Source: Octopus bimaculoides
Lineage: Eukaryota
Length of the DNA: 48,899 bases
NCBI RefSeq assembly: GCF_001194135.2
Contig: NC_068986.1
Span: 55,201,202 to 55,250,100 of the forward strand
Reading direction: 5' to 3'
Made by a program: the position numbers and the translations under genes. Each line of letters begins with the position of its first letter. Positions within the stretch are counted from its first letter, which is position 1. Of the stretch, positions 39,192 through 48,899 are shown in pieces. Below the pieces are notes generated by a model, which searched no databases, was not told where the DNA came from, and saw nothing but the letters and a program-made list of their open reading frames with translations.

Positions 39192-39641
39192 TGGCAAAAT
39201 CGAATCTCAGAACCATCCATGTCACTCGTATTATAAATCAAATTATTCATATTCCTACCAAATTATAATCAATCAAATTATCTGTATTCCTACACTTATT
39301 CAATGTTTTACATATTTTCACTGCATCTGTAACAGCATCTAACTCCAATCCCTTCGGAGATTTCAGGAAAAGAAAATTTGAAAATAGTGGATGAAAAATG
39401 AACAAGTTTGAGGATTTCCACTGAAGATGCAAGGAATATGGCACAAAGTGAACGAAATGTAATATTTGAGAGACAAGCTAAGTGAAATGGTTGTAACCTG
39501 GAAACAAAGATGAATCGAATCCGATATGAAATGAAAGACGAAAAAGATAATTGAAAAGAACAGTTCCTCGTGCCTAAAACATAATATGAATGAAGACAGA
39601 ATAAACAAAAAAATGAGAGAGAGAGTTGACAAACCACCGGA

Positions 39642-39715
39642 TGCTGAAACCCAGAATTGAACCAGTGTCCCTTTAAATCTTCAGTCTAACGCTCTCCCGA
39701 CTGAGCTATTTTGGC
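39642..39715 (-). pseudogene. tRNA-Phe pseudogene
   Basis: 74 nt with a 1-nt insertion, two acceptor-stem mismatches (G4A, G70A) and T-arm changes. Confidence 0.88.
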
Positions 39716-41096
39716 TACTAGAGACGTTGGCCAACACTATCCATATTATATATCAATCAAATTTTTTGTATTCCTGCCAAAGACTTTTTATTGTAGATAT
39801 TGGATTCTTAACATAAAACTGTAAATTGGAGGAGAAAAAGTTTCAGCAGAAAGCAGAGCGTAATAAACTTCAGCAAAATACTTAATGTCTTTCAAGCAAT
39901 TCGTGTGACTGTATGTGAAAGCGCAAGTGAAATATAAAGACACAGAGAGAGAGACAAGCAGAGAAAGACAGAGACAGAGAGAGCTATGTAAGCATTTGAG
40001 AGAGAACAAGTAGAAAAGAGTTCTCAATAATGGCTTATGTTATACTAGAAAACAAAACTTCAGAAATCGTTACTCCGAGTTTCCCATCCATGACTTTCGA
40101 TCAACAATATTTATGATTGATTGGTTTTATTTTTCGAATTACCCACTAATGGAGAAAGAATCATTTTCATGCCGAGAGACAAAGCTCTTTCATTGGAATT
40201 TATACTCGTCAACAAGATAGTTTAACGTGTATCTATCATATGTATATGTATCTACGTAGACATGTATTTAAGAATGTACATGTGTATGCATGCATACACA
40301 CATGAATGTCATTCCATATGTTGATCATAATATATGCTACACTTATTCAATATTTTACATATTTTCACGGTGTCTGTAATGACTTCTTGCTCTAACCTCT
40401 TCGGAGATTTCAGAAAAAAATTTTTAAATAATGGATGAAAAGTGAACAAGTTCAAGGATTTCCTGTGAAGACGCATGGCTTCTGGCGAAAAGTGGAAGGA
40501 AGGTGGAGTTTGAAATCGTTTGAGATTGCAATACAAGTCGTGACGAACATAAGGTTTATCCATAAAATGGAAGAAACACGTAAAAATTTATGTAACATAA
40601 TTCTAAAAACCTGGACTTTGACAGACAAGCTAGGTGAAATAGTTGTAACCTGCAATCGAAGACGGATGGAATGTAATATGAGGTGAAAGAAGAAAGAGAT
40701 AATAACTGAAAAGAACAGTTACTCATGCCTAAAATAAAATATAAACTAAAAGAGAAATTAGTTGACCAGTGGAAAAATTCAAGGATTTCCGCTGAAGATG
40801 CAAGGAATATGGTGCAAAACTGGGCGAAAGAATGAGTCAAAAATCGTTTTTGAGACTGTAATACACGTCTACACGTGCATGAGGTCTACATAAAATGGAT
40901 GAATGTTGCTGAAAATGTATGCAATATAAATTCAGTGCACGATAGAGAAGTTTGGAGAAGTGACTGGAATTTGGAATCGAAGATGCGTCGAATCTGTTTT
41001 AAAATAGAGGAGAAAAGATCATTGAAAGGAATAGTTCTTCATGCATAAAATGAAATTTGAATGAAAGAAAAATAAATGATTAGGTCTGCCAACATA

Positions 41097-41169
41097 TGCC
41101 GAAACCCGGGATTGAACCAGGGACCTTTAGATCTTCAGTCTAACGCTCTCCCAACTGAGCTATTTCGGC
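41097..41169 (-). tRNA. tRNA-Phe(GAA): tRNA-Phe(GAA), intact, majority sequence
   Basis: Identical to the copies at 31165 and 43717; T5 run downstream. Confidence 0.96.
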
Positions 41170-41608
41170 TGGTGAAATCGAACGCATAAAACTATACATA
41201 CCATGTGTATTGTATATCAATCAAATTATTTCTGTTCCTACCAACGACTTTTTTTATAGCAGATGTTGGACTCTTGACATGAAACGATAAGTTGGGGGAG
41301 ACTTTAATGAGTTATATTCAACTCAGGACTTAACCTTGGCGTATCTTATTGATCCCAGCAACCAGAGTTTCAATAGAAAGCAGAACTAACAAACTTCCGC
41401 AAAATATTCAAATATTCTCTAGCAATTTGTGTGTGTGAGAGAGAGTGGAGGAGGGAGAGGTCAATAAGATACGCAGAGTTTTAGCTTTGAGTTGAAAATA
41501 ACTCTTTGAAGTCTCCCCCAATTTACCGTTTTATGTCAAGGATACATCTACAATAAGGAAGTCTTTGGCAAGACTAGAAATAACATGGTTTATATACAAT
41601 GCTCAACA

Positions 41609-41661
41609 TCCGAAATAGCTCGGTTGAGAGAGTATTAGACTGAAGATCCTGGTTTTCGGCA
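41609..41661 (+). pseudogene. Inverted tRNA-Phe pseudogene with a 20-nt deletion of the variable loop and T-arm
   Basis: tccgaaatagctcggttgagagagtattagactgaagatc|ctggttttcggca; the only plus-strand copy, with its flanks also inverted. Confidence 0.88.
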
Positions 41662-41985
41662 GCTGATGGCTGGTTTGCTTCGCTTTTCTTACAATCAGAA
41701 TTCATTTTATCCATGAAGAACTATTTCTTTCGCTGATTTTTTCCCCTCATTCATTTCATATCTGATTCGACCCATCTTCGATTCTAGATTGGAAATTAAT
41801 CCTAAGTCATTCCAAAGTGATGAGAAACTTGAAAATACGGCCAGAATATCGCATTCGCATCCGCAAAAAATAAAATCACTAAAAGTAAACACATAGGAGC
41901 TTGAATGTAGTTTCTAGAGAAACGGTTAAATGTTACTATACGGAGAACTATCGAACAAGGCGAATAAATACTGGAGGAAGAAAAA

Positions 41986-42029
<44 letters not shown>

Positions 42030-42910
42030 AGAAATAACACAAAGTCTTTCTAAAACTCCCAGAATGGAAACCTAAACTCGTAAGAGACTTTCCCTCCTCC
42101 TATCAATAGTTCCTTTTCTTCTTAATCTCTCCTCCGTCGTTAAAAGAAAATCGAAAATATCAATCATACTTAAATGTAATGTTAATTTTGATTTTAAATG
42201 ATGCTGAGATTTTCGTTTCTCTGTCTCTATCTCTTCACTCAGGTAAGAGAGTAAGAACACCAGGAAGAAAAGAAAATCTATCATATATAATTCCTAAAGG
42301 CTTTAAATGAACATAGATCTACTAATTTCATGATCTCAAATTATGTTGTACTGAGGAGGCCATAACAAGTGCGATATGGCGCTATCTACAACAACTAGGA
42401 CACTTTAAAAAGTGTCTCTGTTAACTTCTAGCGCTAATCTTTCCGAAGAAAGCTAGGTGAAATAGTTGTAACCTGCAATCGAAGACGGATGGAATGTAAT
42501 ATGAGGTGAAAGAAGAAAGAGATAATAACTGAAAAGAACAGTTACTCATGCCTAAAATAAAATATAAACTAAAAGAGAAATTAGTTGACTAGTGGGAAAA
42601 TTCAAGGATTTCCGCTGAAGATGCAAGGAATATGGTGCAAAACTGGGCGAAAGAATGAGTCAGAAATCGTTTTTGAGACTGTAATACAAGTCAACACGTG
42701 CATGAGGTCTACATAAAATGGATGAATGTTGCTGAAAATTTATGCAATGTATATTCAGTGCACGGCAGAGAAGTGGCTGGAATTTGGAATCGAAGATGCG
42801 TCGAATCTTTTTTTAAAATAGAATTGAAAAGATCATTGAAAGGAATAGTTCTTCGTGCATAAAATGAAATTTGAATGAATGAAAAAAAAATTATTAGATC
42901 CGCCAACATA

Positions 42911-42983
42911 TGCCGAAACCCGGGATTGAACCGGGAACCTTTAGATCTTCAGTCTAACGCTCTCCCAACTGAGCTATTTCGGC
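42911..42983 (-). tRNA. tRNA-Phe(GAA): tRNA-Phe(GAA), near-intact (U51C, C48U)
   Basis: Plus strand reads ccgggaacc instead of ccagggacc. All stems pair, but C48U alters the G15:C48 Levitt pair. Confidence 0.85.
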
Positions 42984-43321
42984 TGGTGTACCGGACAACG
43001 TAAAGCTATACATACCATGTGTATTGTATATCAATCAAATTATTTCTGTTCCCACCAACGACTTTTTTATTGCAGATGTTGGACTCTTGGCATAAAACGA
43101 TAAGTTGGGGGAGACTTTAATGAGTTATATTCAATTCAGGACTTAACCCATTTTTTAAAGTATCCTAGTTATAGATAGTGTCATGGCTGATATAGCTAGA
43201 ATCTGGAATTGAAGATGAGTCGAATCTGATATGAAATGACCGAAGGGAAATCATCAGTGAAAGGAATAGTTCTCCGTGGATAAAATGAAAGCTGAACGAA
43301 AGAAAAAGATAGCGAATCAGC

Positions 43322-43356
43322 CGCCAAAACCCGAAATAGAATCAGGGACCTTTAGA
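43322..43356 (-). pseudogene. 3'-half remnant of tRNA-Phe
   Basis: cgccaaaacccgaaatagaatcagggacctttaga, in the usual downstream-flank context, breaking off at the anticodon stem. Confidence 0.75.
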
Positions 43357-43716
43357 ATAATAAACTGTGGATAGAAGTGAACAGGATCGCAGGTTTACTC
43401 AGAATATGCAAGAGTTATGGTGCAAACTCAGTGAAAAGAAGAATAAGAAATCGTTTGAGGCTATAAAACAAATCGTTAAGAAGAAACATGTGAATTGAAA
43501 CATAGAGAGGTAGAAAGTCGCAGAAAGTAGATGTTAATATAATACTATTAACACAGTGTTTGAGACAGAATCTAGATGGAATAGCTAGAACCTGGAGTTG
43601 AAGTTAGGTCGAAAAAGTATCATGAAAGAAATAGTTCAGGACAAAAATAGTTCAAGACAAAAGCAAATTTCGAATGAAAATAGAATATGAAGAATAAAAA
43701 TAGTCCAGCCACCGGA

Positions 43717-43789
43717 TGCCGAAACCCGGGATTGAACCAGGGACCTTTAGATCTTCAGTCTAACGCTCTCCCAACTGAGCTATTTCGGC
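43717..43789 (-). tRNA. tRNA-Phe(GAA): tRNA-Phe(GAA), intact, majority sequence
   Basis: Identical to the copies at 31165 and 41097; T5 terminator downstream. Confidence 0.96.
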
Positions 43790-44473
43790 TGGTGAGTATT
43801 CTTATCTAAACTTTTCATGTCAATCGTATTGTATCTCACAGTATTTTCTTGCCAAAGACGTTTTGCTGTAGATAACGGCTTTTAACATAAGGCGACNNNN
43901 NNNNNNNNNNNNNNNNNNNNNNNNNNNNNNNNNNNNNNNNNNNNNNNNNNNNNNNNNNNNNNNNNNNNNNNNNNNNNNNNNNNNNNNNNNNNNNNNNNNN
44001 NNNNNNNNNNNNNNNNNNNNNNNNNNNNNNNNNNNNNNNNNNNNNNNNNNNNNNNNNNNNNNNNNNNNNNNNNNNNNNNNNNNNNNNNNNNNNNNNNNNN
44101 NNNNNNNNNNNNNNNNNNNNNNNNNNNNNNNNNNNNNNNNNNNNNNNNNNNNNNNNNNNNNNNNNNNNNNNNNNNNNNNNNNNNNNNNNNNNNNNNNNNN
44201 NNNNNNNNNNNNNNNNNNNNNNNNNNNNNNNNNNNNNNNNNNNNNNNNNNNNNNNNNNNNNNNNNNNNNNNNNNNNNNNNNNNNNNNNNNNNNNNNNNNN
44301 NNNNNNNNNNNNNNNNNNNNNNNNNNNNNNNNNNNNNNNNNNNNNNNNNNNNNNNNNNNNNNNNNNNNNNNNNNNNNNNNNNNNNNNNNNNNNNNNNNNN
44401 NNNNNNNNNNNNNNNNNNNNNNNNNNNNNNNNNNNNNNNNNNNNNNNNNNNNNNNNNNNNNNNNNNNNNNNNN

Positions 44474-46050
44474 NGGGACAAAACGTGAAACCCAGTGGGA
44501 TATCAGCGCTTTGGCGACCGTTTCTGCTGAAGTATCTGATAAGGGCCGAGCTTCGGGCCACTGCGAAAAACGATTCACACAGGTGAGCAGGTGTGTACAA
44601 TTCTGTGAAAGTGGCAGAGGTCCCACGATGTCGATGTATACGTGCTGAAATTGTGCGTCGGGTTTTGAAAAGGAGCCGATCGGTGATTTTATGTGTCAGT
44701 AGATTGCCGCTTTTTGGCACGCAACACAGCACTTGGTCCATTCTCTGATATCCTTGTTGATACTGGTCCACACAAAATGGGTCGATATCAGCTTTTGATT
44801 GGAACGAATACCAGGATGTGATAGAGAATACAGAGTAGAAAAGACTTCACGACGATGCTTCTGTGGTACATAAGAGCGTTAGCAACCGGCGGAGACATCA
44901 CACCATATATGGGCCGTAGATGATGGTACCGGAACTTGCTGAGATTTGAGAGATGACGAATTTCGGAGCTTTAGAAGTTCTTCGTCATTCTCCGGGTCAG
45001 CTGCTATACGTGGAAGATCAATTGGGGTAGTGGTGTGGATTGCATTGATCTGCGTGCGTGATAGTGCATCGGCTGCTGAGTTGGTCGACCCTTTGATGTG
45101 GCGTATATCTGTCGTGCACTGCGGTATGAAGTCGAGGTGTCGGACTTTTCTCGGCGAGTGACGATAAGGCTTGGTATTAAATGCGTACACCAGTGGGGTA
45201 CAGGATATGCATCACTTACAGTGCATTTATTCAGCGATCGATAATCACTGCAAACTCTCCAATCGGTTGATGATTTTTTTTTGGAACGCAGTGTATTAGC
45301 GAGGACCACTTGCTGCTGGACGGGTGGATGATTCCAAGGTCAAGCATGTGCTGGAATTCTAGCTTGACGGCCTTGAGACGATCTGGTGGTAACCTTCGGG
45401 GTCGTGCAGCAACAGGTAGACCGCTGGTCTTGATGTGGTGAGTGACTTCATGTTTGATCGGCTGACTATGGAATACTGGTCAAGCGACATCCGGATATTC
45501 TTTCAGGAGAGCGCTGTGATGAGTTGTTGTTGTTAGCAAAATAGTTGGGCTGACTGTGGCCATACGAGCGACTATACCGCGTACAGTGAGCTGTGTGATG
45601 CTGTCAACAAGTCTTCTGTGTTTAATGTCTACCAGGAGACCGAAATGATGCAGGAAATCGGCTCATAAGAAAGGGGTCGGCAGTTTAGCTATGATAAATA
45701 CCCACTGGAAGGTGCGGCGAAGTCCTAAGTTTAGCGTTAGGGACTGTTCCCCGTAGGTTGAAATCGGTGAGAGGTTAACTGCATGAAGACAGACTGGTGT
45801 CTCTTTTCTTTTGCCTGAAGTGCTGGAAACAGGGATTATGCTGACTTCCGTGCCGGTGTCAACAAGGAAATGTGGAGGGCTGTAGGTTTGGAGAATGTCG
45901 GAGTAGTGAGATTGGTGCGACTTACAAGAAGATTCAAGAATTCGTTCCCTTTCGCTGCTGACCAACTTCCTAGCTACACCACAGCGAAATTCCTGTCTAC
46001 AGCTAGACCACAGCGAAATTCCTGTCATGAATCCAGCCCTACACATGAAG
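44474..46050 (-). mobile_element. Ty3/Gypsy LTR retrotransposon internal fragment (protease, RT start, RNase H end, integrase start), probably CsRn1/Boudicca-like
   Basis: FLVDTGTEVSIIP (protease); DWRVCSDYRSLN...DAYPVPH (RT); RHIKGSTNSAADALSR (RNase H end); HPGIR...CVACQK (zinc finger); HVYIDIVGPLP...LTCVNRFSQWPEA (integrase). Contains stops and an internal deletion; the downstream end is lost in a gap. Clade assignment is from motif resemblance only. Confidence 0.93.
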
Positions 46051-46359
46051 CTTATTTGTAGTGAGTCGCTGAAAATTGATGTGATATATTTTTATTAATA
46101 TTTAGCAGAAGCAACTGAGTGGCTCAAGGGCCGAGAGTCTCGTATGTTGGCACTTGTGGAGCCTAATACAAATATACATACACTCGTATTTTGAGTTCTA
46201 TTTTTCCTGTTAGCATCACATTACTTGTTAAATATTATAAATCCAATGGAAGGAAAGGCGGGTGGAATCCGGGATGAAATGAATGGAAGTAAAATCATTG
46301 AAAGGAACTGTTGGTCAAGCATAGACTAAAACTAGAATATGAAGAACGAAAGAAAAAAA

Positions 46360-46422
46360 CGGGATTAAATCAGAGACCTTTAGATCTTCAATCTAACGCT
46401 CTCCCAAGTGAGCTATTTTGGC
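46360..46422 (-). pseudogene. tRNA-Phe pseudogene, 3' end deleted
   Basis: cgggattaaatcagagacctttagatcttcaatctaacgctctcccaagtgagctattttggc; the acceptor 3' strand is missing. Confidence 0.87.
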
Positions 46423-48428
46423 TGGTGAACACGACGATTGCCGAAACTTTCCGTGTCACGCGTAATGATTATCAATCAAATAAATTTTATTCCTGCCAAA
46501 GACATTTTTATTGTAAATGTTGGTAAATTGGGAGAGACTTTAATGAATTATATTCAACTCGAAGCTAAAACTCTACGTATTTTATTGACTTCACCGGCCA
46601 GAGTTTCAACAGAAAGCAGAACGTAATAAACTTCGGTAAAATATTCAGATATTCTCTAGCAATTCGTGACTTTGTGGGGGNNNNNNNNNNNNNNNNNNNN
46701 NNNNNNNGGGGGGGGGGGGGCGTGTGTGTGTGCGTTTGCGCGCGCCTGCGTATATGTGTGTAACTCAGAGAAAGAAAGAGAGAGAGATAGAGAGAACTTT
46801 GTGAGTGCTTCAGAGAGAGCAAGTAGAAAAGAGTTCTCAATAATGACTTATTATATCATACTAGAAAACAAAACTTCAGAAATTGTTACCCCGTGTTTTC
46901 CAATCATGACCTTCGGTCAACAATACATCAGCGGTTACCTGGTTTTATTTTTAGAGTTACTCACCAATGGAGAAATAATCATTTTCTAACGTAGAGACTA
47001 GGCTCTTTCGTTGAAATTTATACAGCGTCAAAAGTATAGTCCAATATGTATGTATCTTACATTTGTGTAGATCTGTACGTATACATGTATTTAATAATGT
47101 ACATATGCATGCATACAAGCATATATGCATGTACATATACACACACACACGCACACAACACACACACACACACACACAGATGAATGCAGATACGGATGTC
47201 ATGCCTTATGTAGATCATAATATCTGCTACACTGACGCAATGTTTTACATATTTTCACAGTGTCTCTAATAACTTCTAGCGCTAATCTTTTCAGAGATTT
47301 CAGAAAAAAAAAATGAAAAGTGGAAAAATTCAAGGATTTCCTCTGAAGACGCAAGACTTCTGGCACAAACTGGGCGAAAGGTAGATTCAGAAATCATTTG
47401 AGATCGCAAGATAAGTCGTAAAGAGCGTGAGGTTTATAGAAAAGATGGAAGAAACACGGAAAAATTTATGTCGCATAATTCTAAAATTTAACGTTTGACA
47501 GACAAACTAGGTGAAATAGTTGGAACCTAGAAGCGAAGATGGGTCGAATCTGATACGAAATGAAAGNNNNNNNNNNNNNNNNNNNNNNNNNNNNNNNNNN
47601 NNNNNNNNNNNNNNNNNNNNNNNNNNNNNNNNNNNNNNNNNNNNNNNNNNNNNNNNNNNNNNNNNNNNNNNNNNNNNNNNNNNNNNNNNNNNNNNNNNNN
47701 NNNNNNNNNNNNNNNNNNNNNNNNNNNNNNNNNNNNNNNNNNNNNNNNNNNNNNNNNNNNNNNNNNNNNNNNNNNNNNNNNNNNNNNNNNNNNNNNNNNN
47801 NNNNNNNNNNNNNNNNNNNNNNNNNNNNNNNNNNNNNNNNNNNNNNNNNNNNNNNNNNNNNNNNNNNNNNNNNNNNNNNNNNNNNNNNNNNNNNNNNNNN
47901 NNNAGATAGCGGATAAAAAGTGAAAATTTTGCAGGATGTTCTCTGAAGCTGCAAGGCACATGGTTTCTGAATCCACCTTTCGCCCAGTTTGTGCCAGAAG
48001 CCTTCAGAGGAAATCATTGAATTGTTCCACTTTCATTTTCTTTTTCTGAAATCTCTGAAAAGATTAGCGCTAGAAGTTATTAGAGACACTGTGAAAATAT
48101 GTAAAAGGAAAATGATGGATGAAAAGTGGAAAAATTCAAGGCTTCTAGCACAAACTGAGCGAAAGGTGGATTCAGAAATCATTTGAGACTGCAAGATAAG
48201 TCGTAAAGAACGTGAGGTTTATACATAAGATGGAAGAAACACGCAAAAAGTTATGTAACATAATTCTAAAAATCTAACGTTTGACAGACAAACTAGATGA
48301 AATAGTTGGAAGCGAGAGTCGAAGATGGGTCGAATCCGATATGAAATGAAAGACGAAAAAAGATCATTGAGAGGAACAGGTCATCAGACCTAAAATAAAA
48401 TTTGAACGAAAACAGACCACCCAAAGGT

Positions 48429-48501
48429 TTCCGAAACGTAGGATTGAACCAGGGTTTTTTAGATTTCCAGTTTAATGCTCTCCCGGTTGAGCTATTTCGG
48501 C
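48429..48501 (-). pseudogene. tRNA-Phe pseudogene, anticodon now GGA
   Basis: Full-length alignment with many substitutions; plus agatttccagt gives G34-G35-A36. Confidence 0.85.
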
Positions 48502-48899
48502 TGGTGTCGCGGTGCTTTAAGAAAAATCAAGCTGTGTTTTAAGAAAAAATCAGAAATGCAGCTAGCAGATGAAAAGTGAAAAAGTTCAAGGATTTCTTCT
48601 GAAGATGCAAGGCATATGGTGCAAAACTGGGCGAATGATGGCGACAGAAATCGTTTTTGAGATTGTAATACAAGTCGTGAAGTGCATTAGGACTATACAT
48701 AAAATAGAAGAAAGTTACTGAAAACTGATGTAATATTATAACTTCAGTGGGAAATTTTCTGCTGTTCCTGCCACCTACGGTAGCTTTCCGTGTGTGTGAG
48801 AGAGAGAGGGGAGGAGGGAGAGAGAGAGAGGGGGGGGAGAGGGAGAGAGAGAGAGGGAGAGAGGGAGAGAGAGAGGGAGAGAGAGAGAGAGGGAGAGAG

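Larger units (their letters stand above)
30180..48700 (-). repeat. Duplicated spacer modules of the tRNA-Phe cluster
   Basis: Recurrent blocks: (a) gcaaactgggcgaaagg...aaatcgtttgagattgtaatgcaagtcgtga...aaggaatagttc...tRNA; (b) gtattgtatatcaatcaaattattt...gccaaagac; (c) agaaacaaaacttcagaaattgttactccgag...ttttacatattttcacagtgtct. Each occurs many times with visible divergence. Confidence 0.9.

Noticed and set aside
27711-48501. Reading the tRNA repeats as a CRISPR-like array or as a SINE family
   Set aside because: Eukaryotic context; the units are full tRNA genes with terminators, duplicated together with their flanks, and lack tails and TSDs.

Overview
AT-rich, microsatellite-dense eukaryotic DNA with eight assembly gaps (739-1286, 2597-3574, 15790-16033, 22423-22471, 34306-34769, 43897-44473, 46681-46707, 47567-47903). 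The SINEs resemble octopus repeats as I remember them, so the source is probably an octopus; this is inference, not a database result. The left half (1-27.5 kb) is mostly decayed mobile DNA: several tRNA-derived SINE families, LINE fragments (CR1/L2-like and RLE/HERO-like), a mariner element with TIRs, and one orphan exon-like ORF with a decayed paralog. The right half (27.7-48.5 kb) is a tandem cluster of at least 15 tRNA-Phe(GAA)-derived sequences. Seven are structurally near-intact and eight are decayed or truncated; all but one lie on the minus strand. They sit in duplicated spacer modules with higher-order duplications, inversions and later insertions (SINEs, a piggyBac-like MITE, two related palindromic elements and a Gypsy fragment). 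The most unusual details are: a captured 3' half of a mature, CCA-bearing tRNA-Trp in one spacer; a compensatory T-stem base-pair change in one tRNA-Phe copy; and covarying leader/trailer complementarity around several copies. No complete protein-coding gene can be supported.
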